Positions 38,720 through 52,608 of a stretch of 64,000 nt of DNA are shown piece by piece. Position 1 is the stretch's first letter. Every line of letters starts with the position of its first letter. A program made the translations under genes and the position numbers. The notes below the pieces were generated by a model. The model was not told the origin of the DNA. It ran no database searches and was given only the letters and a program-made list of their open reading frames with translations. Location: the NCBI GenBank assembly GCA_032718475.1, contig JAUCBJ010008889.1:1-64000 (forward strand). Direction: 5' to 3'. The stretch comes from Nemertoderma westbladi. Taxonomy: Eukaryota > Animalia > Xenacoelomorpha.

Positions 38720-39730
38720 CTAATTAGTATATGTACAGCTTATAAGAGTTTGCAGTTAGTGGAAGATGGAGTTTGGCGACGATGTCTGCGACGAGAGTCC
38801 GTTCATTACAGAGTGCAATGACTAGCCGGTTGTGGGTTGACTTGTGTAGGCAAAGCGCTTTCTTTAAGTAAGTAGATTTAATCTTGTCGATTGCGATCAT
38901 ATTGGCTACAGTAAGGAACGGCCAGATTTCCCTGCAACCATAGAGTACGATTGGTAAAATCTTTATCTGGAACAATTTGATAGATGTAGTAAGTGATAGC
39001 AGTTCGGGTTTGTTAATTGAGTGGATGGCCATGACTGCTTTGCACATAGTTGCCGCTACATGTGTGTACATGCTACAGTGTCGTCTGCAGGGTGATGCCG
39101 AGATATTTGTTAGAGTTGACAATCTCAACCGGGTTTCCGTTGTACGTGAACTTGTCGGCGTTGGCGAGGCGACCGCCACGACGGAACATCGAGACCGTTT
39201 TTTGCCGACCAAACTGCGACCGCGTCGAGCCCGGCCTGCGCTGCCTCCCGGGAGTCTCCGTAAAACAAGAGATCGTCAATATTATGAGTTTACCGATGTG
39301 GGCAATTGCACGTTTAATGTAGTTATAGTTCATATCCGTACCGATGGTATTTTCGTATTGCAAAAATAAGACTATAAGTATGAAATACCCTATGTTATTG
39401 AGATAATGTTTATTGTTTTGGTTAGAAAAGCCCACCACTGTAACCTGCTCCTTTCCGTTAATTAAGTAATGGAGAATAGTTTATTGTTTTGGTTAGAAAA
39501 CACCACCACTGTAACACCATCGGTACGCATATGAACGATAACCTTTAATGTGGCTGACAATGTCAAATATGAACAGAATAAACAGCAGGGGGCTGAGACT
39601 GTCTCCCTGAAGAACTCCCCGTGTTTGCTCGACTATTTTCGACTTTCTGAGGCCGTCGAAGATTTGTATGTAGTTGATCTTTAAGATGCATTTTATTAAC
39701 GTATAAAGGTTGCCCCTAATGTTGAAATGA
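38720..39730 (-). pseudogene. LINE RT 3' fragment (RTEX-like)
   Basis: RGVLQGDSLSPLLFILFI, KYLGITLQ, LFQIKILPIVLYGCREIWP. Confidence 0.8.
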
Positions 39731-40324
39731 AACCGAGTTTAAATAGTAACTTGGTATTATAATTTTATATTTATGTATAATAATGATTTAATTAAGTTTT
39801 GTAAAATTATTTGTTGCTTCTTATAGAAATTATATCCATTATTGTCAATAAACAATATATTACAGTATGCTTAATAGTTTTTCGTTCACACACATTAAAA
39901 ATGTGTATCAAATTCACCCCCCCCCCCCCCCCCCCCCCCACTCATACAATTTGCCATGGCGAGTGACTGTGCCGCCCAGTAAAAAATTCTTAAAAGAGGC
40001 TATGCTCCCCTCTGCTCGCTCCCCCACACTTGGATCACGCACCTCTTACGTTTCCTCGAAACTCCAGCACCTCCTCCCCATGCTCCTCTCATACTCACCC
40101 CTTTTATTCTCACTCTACACCCCTCTTAGCCCACACAAGCCACGGTCCCATCAAGTCTCCCTCCTACTCAAACCCCCGGTAGCGCCCGTATGGATGATTC
40201 TTTTCCTGCGGGATATGAGCTCTTACAATAAATCCTAAACTCCACCCTGTTGTTCAATGACCACACAATCTGGGTTGGCCTACCCCTCCACTCTTAACCC
40301 CTAATCATGACTCCAGCTAGGCTC

Positions 40325-40620
40325 TATATGGTCCCATTGACCCGGCATTATTACGTATGTGTGGTCTCATTGACCTGTGTTAGTGCATATGTATGGTCCC
40401 ATTGACCAGGCGTTAGTGTGTATGTATGGTCCCATTGACCTGGCTTTAGTGTGTATGTATGGTCCTATTGACCCGGCGTTAGTGCGTATGTATGGTCCCA
40501 TTGACCCGGCATTAGTGCGTATGTATGGTCCCATTGACCTGGCTTTAGTGCGTATGTATGGTCCCACTGACCCGGCGTTAGTGCATACGTATGGTCCCAT
40601 TGACCCAGCGTTAGTGCGTA
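40325..40620 (+). repeat. 33-bp tandem array (TATGTATGGTCCCATTGACCCGGCGTTAGTGCG, ~9 units)
   Basis: Directly visible. Confidence 0.95.
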
Positions 40621-40899
40621 AATTATGTACTTTGGTACATTTGTACCATACGTTAGTACATGTGTACTACACATGTATTGTACATTTTTGTACCCATCGA
40701 ACATACGTAATTGTAACTAGCTACTCCTATTATGTATGTTGGTATGTTTGTTCCATATGTTAGTACATGTGTTGTGTACTACGTATGTATTGGACATTTG
40801 TACCCATCGGACGTACGTAATTATAACTAGCTACTCCTAGATATTATTATTATTTTTTTTTATTTTTTATTTTTATGGGAAGGGTGTATCACCCTCATT

Positions 40900-42858
40900 C
40901 CCACTTCCCTCAGTCCAATTTATTGGATGACTCATCAACCTAAGGGCGATTCTTCCAGCAGGCAACTCTCCCACTGCCCCCCTGTAGGTCCTCTTATTCT
41001 TCGCCCCACTCTCCTTGCCAATTCCAATTATCTTGGATCTGACCTTCCCTTCTCCTCCATCTTCAGATCGGGTCTTTCCGTCACCTCTCAGAACTCATCA
41101 TCGTCCCCTGGCGGAAAAATGCCACCCTTCATATCATCCTCACTGGTACATGTCACCTCTGCCGGCCTCCCCCTCAATATGTGCGCCGGCATTAAAGCTC
41201 CCAATGACCCTTGGTCATCCTTCAGTGCGCATAATGGCTTATCATTTAATGCCCCCTCGCACTCTGCCAGCCCCATGTACAACACGTCTCCTCTAACTTT
41301 CCTGTTTCCTTTGTCAACCTTTATCATCGGCTCCTTTCCCTTTGGATTAACGTTCTTACGTCCTATACGTAGGGGTATCTGTATACTTCTGATTTGGATC
41401 GGCGTCTCTTCCGTACATCTCTCCGGATATCTCGCCGTCCAATCTTCCCCATCCTTGTACCGGACCGGCGTCTCTTCGGGACATTTCTCCGGATATCTCG
41501 CCATCCGCCCTTCCCCATCCTCATACTGATACTCGCCAGGAACATCTTTGTTCCACCCCATTGCTTCTAGGTCCTGTGAGTCGAACCCATTCTCCTCCGC
41601 CCACATTTCTCCGGATTCATCTTCCACCCTTTCCACTATACGTGGATCCAGATCCATACCCGCTTCTGACTCCTGGTATCTTTCCCCGGGCTGCTTCTCA
41701 TATGGGATCTCCCCATCGCCCGTGTTTGACTTCTGCTTGGGCCGCTTCCCATATGGGACCTCCACATTGCCCATTTTTGGCTTCTGCTCTATGTCCTCAA
41801 CGGTACTGGACAGCATGCATCCTGAGGATTCGGACACGCTAAACAGGATCTTCATCTTCATTGGGCCACTGAGCGTCCATACGAATGGCGTAAGAATGGC
41901 CACCGGGTCTTGCTTTTTATTGTCACCGAAGATGGTTTGCAGCCTCTCGTGGGCTGTCAGACAATCCATGCCGATTATGAGACACACTTTCGGGACATAT
42001 AGTTTGGGTACGGAGAAGTCAAGGACATCCAGGTACCGGTATTGTTCGATCTCGATCTTTGCAGGTCGTCTGGCATTGATGTTGATTGAGTCTATTATTT
42101 GGATGGGTTCGATCATAGCCCCATAGTCAAACCCTGGTGTTGTCGCTTCAATTTCACACTGTCCCGTCCTCATCTTCATGACCTCGTTTTTGCTCGATAT
42201 CGTGGTCACTGCTATTTTACTTGGCCTGGTCTTCAACCCTATCTTCTTGGCCTCCCAACTCTCCATTAGCGTGAACACTGCTCCGCTATCGACTAATATT
42301 AATGTTGTAACCGATAGTCCATTTTCTCCAATTATCCTCACCAGTACTACTCCGAGTAGTACTGTTCTCTTCCTCCTTACTCCTGTGGTGCTCGTCGCCA
42401 TCCTGGTCTGGCCTCCAGTTTCATCAGTCTCGGCATACTTTGGTGGGTTCTCTCAACACCTAACCTTCTTATGTCCTCCCACTGTGCATCTGTGGCATAA
42501 CCCAAATCTCCCTGTATAGGCTAATCGATCTTCTTTCAGCAGTGCCTGCCACTGGTCGCAATCTATGGTCTTATGTGTCCCATCCCATATATGCACATGC
42601 TTTCTATGTAGCTAGCACCTGTAGTTTGGATTATAACGCTCTCTGTATAGCGTCTTGTGTATTTCGTCCAGATTTCATGAGATCTCGTGTCCACCTCCCG
42701 GATGAACTCTACCATTCTCCTTTCGTTTTCCGAATGAGTTTGACGTTCCTTCGTTTGGCCGCTTGCGGCGTGAACGTTTTTCCCTTTACCCAGTTGTACG
42801 GCCACGTAGATATTTGCTGCCCTTCTACTCTCCTCCATCGTCGGGTGCCACGGTTCAC
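40900..42858 (-). pseudogene. Deleted BEL/Pao remnant (gag knuckles, protease, integrase C-terminus; RT/RH absent)
   Basis: ILVDSGAVFT, LIIGMD and TPFVWTLSGP, then ECEGALNDKPL..ALMPAHILRGRP, all in ORF 41088-42401. A CHRC..GHKKVRC knuckle lies upstream. Confidence 0.8.
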
Positions 42859-42862
42859 TTAA

Positions 42863-43576
42863 GGGGGGGTACACCATTTTCGGACAACTCTTCGATTTAT
42901 CACTCTCAGCGTTTCAAAATTGTTTGGTTTTTGCTAAAATTTGGCATATAAGTGCCTAAGATGCTATTCTACTTGACAGGTTAGAAAAAAAAAAATTTCC
43001 GCTATTTAATATTAGTTAATACTAGTTAACAATAAAAAAAACTTGGTTGCGCTTAAAACCCTAAGGCTTTTACAGTTTTGAACCTAATCACATGAAAGTT
43101 TTTTTATATGATAGATCAAAGATGGGGCAACATAACTATCAGGCGAAATTTTGTGAAAATAATTCTACACCGCTAGGTGGCGCTGCAAATTTATGCTAAT
43201 TTTTAGGTTTTTTATAAATAGTATTAAATTTTATTAACAAAAAATTTCGAAAAGTTGCCTGATACTTTTATGCAGGGTGACTATCTAGACACCCACAGGA
43301 AGTTTCAGACTAATTACTCAAAAATTGTAGAAGTAGTAGGGTTTTGAAGTTGACAATTTCATGAAAAAAATATTTGGAGATAATTGACCTTTCATTATAC
43401 ATAGTAATAGTAATTTCAATAGGAATCACGAAATGGAAATTTACACATAACTTGAAAACTAAAAGAGCCTTTAAATAGCGGTTTTCAGATTTGGAAACAC
43501 CATTCAATGGTGCATTATAATAGACAATAAAAAAAATTTCGACATATTTTGGACCAAAATGGTGTACCCCCCCCCC
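42863..43576. mobile_element. Kolobok-like MITE
   Basis: TTAA|GGGGGGGTACACCATTTT ... AAAATGGTGTACCCCCCCCCC|TTAA. Confidence 0.8.
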
Positions 43577-44099
43577 CTTAACTCACCACATGCATTTCCC
43601 GCCGACATCTGTGGGGCGCCTGTAGCCCCCCCCCCCCCCCACCCGTCAATAGCTGGTTGTGGTGGGGTGCCCATAGCCCCCCCCCCCACCCGTCACTTCT
43701 CGTCTCATACCTTTCACCCCTTTCTTCACACTTCACACCCCCCTCCAGTCGACACGTTGCCCCTATCTCCCCTGGGCCCATTCGCCTGCGTCTCCCGCTG
43801 CGTCTCCCGCTGCGTCTCCCGCTGCGTCTCCACTGTCAAATTATTATTATTATTATTATTATTATTATTGGCTTTATTTCAGGCCCAGTTGGCCCATAAA
43901 AATACTGTACTAATACATATACAAACAAACAGAATATACACAGTCAGGCTAACAACGTAAAGCACAATAAAGGTTGGTTATAAAACAATATAGTAAAAAT
44001 ACACAAAACAAAACAGATAACCGAAAAATATGACCAAAATGATAAAAAAAAATTACAACTTAAACCCAAGTCTTAGGGTCACACATTTCCCTTATTCTG

Positions 44100-44400
44100 G
44101 ATGTACTGTCCAGACGGCATACATTAGTAATTGTACTCAATATTTTGTTATCAGTCTTAATCAACTCTTTTAAATAAACTTACAATTGACATGTATCTAA
44201 TATGAACCATCATTTTAACATTAAATTGCCCGAATGCGCTGCTAATACTAGTTGGTTCACCGTTTGTTACTCTCGGAATATGAAAAAGTAACCTAAAACA
44301 ATTGTTATACGCTATTCTGAGTTTATTATGCACAATTCCTGAATAATTTCGTTTAGCCCATAAAGCATTACAATAAACTGTTGAACAGAAAATGTACAAA
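44100..44400 (-). pseudogene. LINE ORF2 3' fragment
   Basis: FCSTVYCNALW..KLRIAYNNCFRLLF; similar to the fragment at 56690-57480. Confidence 0.65.
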
Positions 44401-45687
44401 TGTATGTATCTACGTCCAGTATAATGCAGTATAGCATATATATATTTATAATAATTATAATTATAATAATAATATATTTATTATATATTCAAACTATATA
44501 AGATATCAAATATATAGAAGGAGGAACACCGGTACGGCGGTACGTTTCCTATATTACTGTTTTACACTTTAAGGTAGGTACCGACAATTGCCACCGGGCG
44601 ACGTCGCACAGGTGGCAATTGTCGGTACCAGCTCGAAACAAAATAACATTCTTCATGCCATTGTTCCTGTGTCTAAACTATTTGTATCAATAATCATTCC
44701 AGAGGCAACTGTTGACATTCTCGAGTTGTATATCAAGGATTCCTTTGGGGTTAAAGCACCCTGCAAGAAGCTGACATGCCTTCGACATCGCACAGGGAGA
44801 GCTCCATGTAACGCCATGTTGCCCCACCTTGACCGTGTCGCCCCACCCTGACCACCCGACCCGGGGCTGGGTGTAAGAACATTAAACGAAACAGATCTTT
44901 CATCCAGCCTGAGAACACTCTGATCCCTCTCACGGCCAGGTGGCCTGGCCTCCTGTGCAGCAGAGTGGAACCTGTACCGAAAATTGATTCAAAGTCCCTC
45001 CACCCCCCAAGATTGACCAATGGCAGGAACCGGGAACACTAGCCACTGCTACTATCGGTTCCTGCCAGGGCACTTAATTTAAGTCTTAAACTCTATAGTT
45101 TCCTGTTTCCAAAAGATAAATACATTTAAAGAAAGATTAAAATGCTCACTCGGGAAATTATAGTATAGTATATTATGATTGTACAATTTTAAAATTGTGT
45201 GCGGTCATCCTTGATTTAAGAAAAAAAAATTGATTGAATGGCATTAAGACTGCCGGATGCCACTGATGCATATGACACCCCACCTCTTGATTGCATTACA
45301 GTCAAACAGTTTTTAACCGAAGCCATGTCAGAAACCAAGGTTGCAAGTACGCTAGAAACTGGGGTTATAGGAGGTAAGACAGAAAAATCATCGACTACAA
45401 AACACTGTTTCTCATCTGATAATGCATTAAAAGCCAAACATTCCAACAGATTAGTTATATCAGTAACTAACTTGTATCTTTTCTGGATCACTGGTATGTT
45501 TGGTACTAAACTTATTTGTCACATCTCTGTCCCCAGTCTGGACGTCCATCAGAATATATCGAGCAGCTTCGAAATCTTGTGTAGAAAACGCCAGCCAGCA
45601 GGATATAGTATTAACTAACTTATTGTGCGGAATTCCATGAGAAGAATACGGAGCCCCTAAGGTGACATGAATAATAAAAAAAAATTC

Positions 45688-45887
45688 TAACACGAACTTT
45701 GTCTTACTAACACGAACTTCGTGTTACTAACACGAAGTACGTCTTACTAACACGAACTTCGTGTTACTAACACGAACTTCGTCTTACTAACACGAACTTC
45801 GTCTTACTAACACGAACTTCGTGTTACTAACAGGAACTTCGTCTTACTAACACGAACTTCGTCTTACTAACACGAACTTCGTGTTAG
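45688..45887. repeat. Left subterminal 20-bp palindromic repeats (ACTAACACGAACTTCGTGTT)
   Basis: About 10 units, mirrored at 53371-53510. Confidence 0.95.
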
Positions 45888-46021
45888 GGGGGAGGGAAAT
45901 TCAAATTTCTATGGTATGGTATTATATTTCAATCATATAGGTACCACTACTGCATCACTGGTCTACTGCACTATCTGACTAGGGCCAATGTACTAAGGAC
46001 TGTTATTTATCAGTAACGATA

Positions 46022-49000
46022 ATGGATGGTACCGGTACGGCAAACCCTACCATGTTTGAATACATGAAGAATAGAGGTATTCGAGAAGAATTAATAAATA
46101 AAATGCGTGAGGATAGGGTTGATGAAGACGTGGTTCGAATAATGTCGGATTCTCAATTACAGGAATACATACCATGTTATGGCGATCGCGTCCTTGTTTC
46201 CGCTTTTTGTAATCTCAATGAAACCGCCAGGAGTTGTACCGGTACCGGAACTCACCTTGCAAGTGCCGGTAGTTTAAGTCGAAAAGAAGACACACTCGCT
46301 CGTTTGTGTAGCCGCCTTTCCAGCAAACGTAAGAATCCGACGAAGGTGAATGAACCGGGTCCGTCGAAGCGCACCCGTCGTGTTGAGTTGGGCTGGATGC
46401 ACTTTCGGGATGACGAAACTTACAAACAAATTCGCACTTCCTCAGTGGTGGAATTCGACATCTAACTGTCGACCGGCACACGTCTGTATCTGAAGTACTG
46501 AAGACCGGAGAAGAGTTATTTTTTGCCGGCGGCGTTTCCGCTCAAGGAGCCCTGAAGGATTTAATTCTGGAAATCCGGGACTTTCAGGGTAATTGTTTCG
46601 AAGACGATTCTATAACTATCGATGAGTTATATGATGTTACGAAGCTAAACATGTTGCGGTTGTATTTGTATTCACGTTGAGTCCAAGGGGTCCAAGAGGG
46701 GAACACGGTGAACGAGAGAGAGCAAGCCTTACACAGTTTAAAGACTTCTCTTATCTACAGTCCAGTTTCAGAATTAAAAAAATGTGAACCCAAAGTTGTT
46801 GAAATTGTAGAGCCTTGTCTTTCTGAACTACCGGGACTCTCTGAATCTCTACCACTAGTTCCACCACACGATTTGAATGAAACGCTGGAAGATATACTAG
46901 TGCGACTTGAAACCCAACTTATTGAAGATGGTGATGGACGAAATATAGTCAACGTAGACATAGACAATGCGCTCGACGGCGGATTCCGTAGATTTGAGAG
47001 GAAGAGCTTCGACCCATGCTGCTGCCTGGATGTTAAGTTCGTGGACGAAGATGGAATCGACGAAGGTGGTCCTTGACGCGAATTTATGAGGATAGCTATG
47101 ATTGCAATCAGAGATTCATCAATGTTTTGTGGACAGGACGACTCAAAATTCCTTAGTCTCGACTATAACTGTAAGTTACTATTTTAACAAAGTTTTATTT
47201 TATATTACCCCACCCCTTAGGGGGTCAAATAAGCATCTAATTTTTCTCCGATGGAATAGTTAATAGAATATTGTAATTAAATTAAAATTGTATTAATTTT
47301 ATTTTAGGTTTAAATAATGACCGATACCTGCTTGTGGGTCGTATGATTTCCTACATGATAGTACACCGTGGCCCATTTCCGAGTTTTTTCTCGTCTCAAC
47401 TTTTTGAGTTGGTTTGTAGCGGAGAAACAAATGTTACTATTACTATGGAAGATATTAATGACTATGATTGGAAGGCAGAAGTTTATTCGGTAAGTGAGTG
47501 AATATATTCTTTGTATGGAAATACACGCAATTGAATTTATTTATTAATTATGTTAATTATAGATAACTTTCATATTCTTAATCCAAGTAGATCTCTGTAT
47601 CGAAAACAGTGGAAGAATTTAAAGAAGCTGTGACCAAATCACAAGAGTTACTGGGGATGTCTGGCGGTATAAACCTGTCTCTCCACTTCGAAAACAAGGA
47701 CAATCTTGTCAAGAGCCTTATCAAGTTTCTTGTGGTCGATCGAATTCGGGAACCATTGCAACAGTAATTATAACGTTTCTTGGCTTGTCTTCTGATTTAT
47801 TTTCTATTCTGATTTCTTCCGTATCTGATTATTTTATTTTCCTTTCTGATGAAGCAAATCAAAATTAATGTTGGAATGAGTTAATTAATATTATTATAAA
47901 TTTATTATTTAATTCATTTTTATGAATATATTCTTGAAATTATTCCTAAAATTCATAATATAATAATAAAGTAATAAGCTACGTAATTTATTATTTTGAA
48001 ATTAGGTACTTGTTAAAATAATTGTGTTTGTAATTAATTTCTTTTAGATTGCGGGCGGGTTTAGAGACGCTTGGATTATTACGCGAAATTATCAAGAAGC
48101 CGAACACTTTTAAAAACGTGTTTATTGGCCAATCTGCGCGAATTCCTTTAGATCCATTTATAGTTGATCGTCTCTTTACAATACAGTGGTATGAGGCAGG
48201 GAGTAATAGGAGAAGAAGAGAACGGCGCACGATTTCTTACTGGAAGGACTTTCTCCAAGACCTTTCTGGTTATTAATTAATACAATAAAGGACTATTATT
48301 CGATAAAAAAAAGTAAGCGGAAAACACCGGTTTTTTACACTCATTTTCTGTTTAGCGAAATTCAACTATTCTACCGGAGTGGTTGAGTTTTACACGAGCT
48401 GGCAAGTTTTTAGCACGAGCGAAGCGAGTGCTAGAGTGGAAAAGGGGTGTTTTCCGTTACATTTTTATATCGAATATATTGTTTTATTTGAAAAAAATAT
48501 CATAAAAATTATCACTGTTTATGGTTAGGTTAAATATAAGTATATTTTAACAAATTTTAAAATTAGTGAAAAAAAAGTCTTTTTTTCACTAATTTTCAGA
48601 AAAATTAGTGAAAAAAAGTTAGTTTAATTCACTCATTTTTAAAAATATTAGTGAGAAAAAGCGGTTTTTTCAAATAAAGACATATTTATTTAATTAATTA
48701 TTTATTATCACTTAACTTAATTAATTACTATTAATAATAATAATAATTGGTATATTTAAAACTTTCAGATGGTATTGAGATTTCTGGGTTTACGGGTTCC
48801 ATTCAACTCGTTGATCTCCTGAATTTCGTCACCGGCTCAGACACGATACCTGCATTAGGATTTGAAGTAGAACCGTCAATTTCATTTATTCATCCTGAAG
48901 ACAGTTCAAATGAGTTTACTGTTGGACTGCCGAAGGTTAATACCTGCGCGATCGAGTTATCACTTCCTATTCTAGAAGATTATGAGATGTTTAAGGAGCG

Positions 49001-49046
49001 ATTGTCACGATGTATTAAAATGGTATCTACATTTACCACGGCGTAA
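46022..49046 (+). pseudogene. Transposon-borne HECT E3 ubiquitin ligase (G2E3-like HECT), five exons, disrupted
   Basis: HECT motifs: LDVKFVDEDGIDEGGP*REF, YLLVGRMI, LLNFVTGSDTIPALGF, LPKVNTC (catalytic Cys). GT-AG introns at 47171-47307, 47490-47590, 47764-48047 and 48269-48768. Frameshift ~46445; stops at 46678 and 47074. Confidence 0.85.
48295..48480. mobile_element. Small foldback/MITE in the last HECT intron
   Basis: TATTCGATAAAAAAAAGTAAGCGGAAAACACC ... GGTGTTTTCCGTTACATTTTTATATCGAATA inverted repeat around CACGAGCGAAGCGAGTG. Confidence 0.65.
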
Positions 49047-49279
49047 TAACATGACTGTATTACCTCATGACTTTATTATTAGATCGATAGAAATAAGGAA
49101 CTGGAACTCCAACCATGTTTTTAACTTTCAGATAAATGTTAATAAAGGAATATTTACTTGCAATATTACTGCAATATTATACTTATTAAATACTTTATAA
49201 TCATTAACTTAATTATAATTAATAATTAATTATTATATTATAATTAATATAATAAGAATTAATTAATAATTATAATTAT

Positions 49280-50476
49280 CTACTTTAACTTATATAATTT
49301 CGTTTATCTCTTTAATTAAGTTCAAGTACAGAGCAATTGCCTCAGAAGCATTTTTTTGGCACAGTCAAACCGTTTTCCGACATTAATAAAAGACATAGAT
49401 TATACACATCAATATCACAGGGCACAGTTTCGCGATAAGTTGCTTCTTCGATGCAAGTGTCTAGATCAGAGTTATTTACGGCAAAAAGTTGGTCAGTTGT
49501 TCCCCAGAGACATGGGCTATGGTACATAATATTTGGGCGGCCGTGTGGTACGTTGAGGTTGCGACTTGGACGAATACTATGTGCGTTCCAAATTTCTTTT
49601 ACAGAGTTCAATTCGTCCTGAATAATGGCAGTAAAACAAAATTGTACAACTGCTTTCGATATAAATGTGCCATCAAAAAGCCCCTGGTCTATGAAATCTT
49701 TAAAAAGATTGATCCAGTATTCAGCACATTCTTTGCGAAGGATTCCCCACCAACTCTCAATCCGTTGGTTGGCAGTACTCGCCCCGTCTAAATAGGCAAT
49801 CTCAACGTATCGATCCGTTCCATTTCGCCGTAAGAAGTGTTGGTAGCAACGAATATGTCCATTCTCAGTCCCGCAGCCCGCCCTAACTCGAATTGGACAA
49901 CCATTCAGCTGTTTGACTGTATCTAAAAAATAACTACCTATAAGTTTCGGATTGTTGTTACTATTATAAACGCGCAGCCACAGAATTTTCCTTGAAAACC
50001 CATCAATGCATCCACTGATACAGATCCCATACGGTTTTAATTTATCGTATCCGTATGTGCCAGATAAAGTTTGGACCACAGGCATAATATGATCTTCGAT
50101 GCAACCTTAGAGATTGGCACGATTCGACACCGATTGGATCCAAATCCTTAAGTATCACTCGCACGTCTTCCTTGCGAACCCTGAGACCATGTAGCCTACA
50201 CTTTGCATGCATCATACGATAGCCCAAAAGTCTTCCAGACCCATTCAATTCATGTTGAATAAATGAATAAACATCGTCAAAGTCGTCATATACACGACGC
50301 GAAAGGCCCATAGCATTAATAACGCGTTTAATTTGGCGAACTCCTATAAGGATATTATGATCCTTCTCCAACACAAAACTAATTTCCTTGTATGATAAAT
50401 CGAAGTATAATAGTATAGTAGTAAGAATAGTATATGATAAATCGAAGTACGTTTTGATGACTTCGTTGCGTTCCAT
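49280..50476 (-). pseudogene. Integrase-core (IS3/IS481-like) DDE transposase with N-terminal HTH, frameshifted
   Basis: GPNFIWHI(D)GYDKLKPYGICISGCIDGFSRKI, RVRAGCGTEN (second Asp mutated) and NQRIESWW. Frameshift near 50050. Confidence 0.9.
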
Positions 50477-50495
50477 TACTTGCGACAAAATAATG

Positions 50496-51378
50496 TAATT
50501 GTGCTGGATTACGCAATGAGGACGGCCACAAAGGGTGAAGACCTGGGATTCACACTTCAAGAACGCAGAAGTAGTAGATATCCGGCAACTACAGTCACAG
50601 ACACCGACTTTGCGGATGACATCGCCCTGCTCTCTAATACCCTAGCAGATGCACAGCTTCTACTAAATAAAGTGGAGAGGGCTGCTAAGGAGGTTGGATT
50701 GCATATAAATGCTACAAAGACCGAATTCATGACCTTTAATGTTGATGGAAACTTGACAACCATTGATAATAATCAACTAAGGAAGGTCGATGACTTCCAG
50801 TACCTTGGATCATGGATAGAGAGTAGCAAAAAGGACATAGAAGTTAAAGTTAGGAAAGCAAAGGCTTGGGTAGCTCTATCAAAAATGGATACCATCTGGA
50901 AATCAGATCTCTCCAGGCACCTGAAGACTAAGTTCTTTCGAGCCACAGTGGAAAGTGTATTTTTATATGGGGGTGAGACCTGGACACTGACTAAATCACT
51001 TGAACAACGAATTGATGGTTGCTACACAAGACTACTAAGGGCAGCCCTAAACATCAGCTGGAGACAACACATGACAAACGCCGAGCTTTATGGTACAATA
51101 CCACCTGTATCAACCACCCTCCGTGAACGCAGATTAAGATTCAGTGGGCACTGCTGGCGAAGTAAAGACGAGGTCATACCAGATCTACTTTTCTGGCAAC
51201 CAACTCATGGAAAGTGTAGTCGTGGACGACCGGCCATAACATATATAGATCAACTTGAAAGGGATACTGAACTTAGGAGAAACGAAATTGCGACAACTAT
51301 GGAGAATCGGGAAGCCTGGAAGGATCTCATTTCTACTGTCCGAGTTCGCTCGACCATGTAGTAGTATAGTAGTAGTAA
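50496..51378 (+). mobile_element. 5'-truncated RTE-clade LINE
   Basis: DTDFADDIALL, GLHINATKT, FQYLGS, LYGGETW, RRLRFSGHCWR, RGRP; (TAG)n tail after the stop at 51361. Confidence 0.92.
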
Positions 51379-52524
51379 AATTAATACACGGAGACACCAG
51401 AAATTAATAAAGTGACATTTGTGTGAGTTGATAATAATGCCAACAGTTGGCCAGTGATTAAACACAAACTCTTACGAGTTGATAATAGTGACATCAGTTG
51501 GTCAGGGATTGAACACAAAGTCTTCACTTGGCCAGAGATTACACACAAAGTCTTCACGATTTATTTCCAGTGCGGTCCCCCGTAACCATACTCCCCAGAG
51601 GAAATTTGTTCTCATTTCGAGATCATTTATGGATGTAAGGCGATATGAGCCCTTAATATACATTGCCTCCAAGAAAGACAAATAAGGACTATCGATAATT
51701 CGACTCATTTTGTTATTTATTATAATTACATCGCTTCTTTTAATTTTTGCCTAAATTATTTTAAATCTTTAAAAATTTAATTCCATTTAAAAAAACAATG
51801 ATAAATAATATCTATGTGTATCAGATTTCTCGCGAATATCACGCTATTCGACTGTAGAACAGTTAGTGGGGCAAATTTCCGCCGCATTGTAAATTTCTGT
51901 AATACGCTGAATTTACTGAAGGTATCGGTCAAAGAGGTCTTTATCAAGGAAGTGGTACAATAATGTGACACCGGGTTTATTGAATATGGTTAAGTTAAAG
52001 GAGTTAATTGACTTGTGCAGAAATGAAATTGAATTTTTGGGTTCAGTCGACAGGAAATTGAGCAGATATTAAACTTTTTGTGTAACGAATAATTCAATTT
52101 GATATGTATTTAATATGTTTAATGTTAATCATTAAATTTAATGTGATTTATACTTTATAGTGCTGTTTTAGAATTTGTAAATTTTGGTTCGTAAATCTGA
52201 TTAATTTTGTGATTTTTCCACTTTTTCTTTAATTGAAATTGTGCTGTGATTGATTGCAGGTAATATAAATGTGCTGTGATTGATTGCAGGTAATATAAAT
52301 CATTATTGTCGTTGATTTTTGGTCCAAAATAGTTATACATTTACTTATTTATTACATAATAACTATATAAAATCTTACATTATATTATTGTGCTATTTAT
52401 GTCTGTCTAACTGTACGTGCATAATTATTTCTTATTCACTGTACGATAATAACAATAATAATATGTATATAAAACCTTTCAACTAGTGCAACACTATATA
52501 TACAGACATAGTGTATAGCTATAA

Positions 52525-52608
52525 ACGGAAGGCGGCATACGGAAGGCGGCATAAGGAAGGCGGCATACGGAAGGCGGCATACTGAAGGCGGCATATGGAA
52601 GGCGGCAT
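52525..52608 (+). repeat. 14-bp tandem repeat (GGAAGGCGGCATAC) x6
   Basis: Directly visible. Confidence 0.9.

Noticed and set aside
45688-45887. Palindromic 20-bp array as CRISPR or iteron
   Set aside because: There are no spacers, and the array is mirrored at the other end of the element as part of the TIR.
50480-50560. N-terminal extensions of ORFs 50042-50560(-) and 50480-51361(+)
   Set aside because: Both are chimeric across the RTE insertion junction at 50495/50496. The transposase ATG is more likely at 50476.
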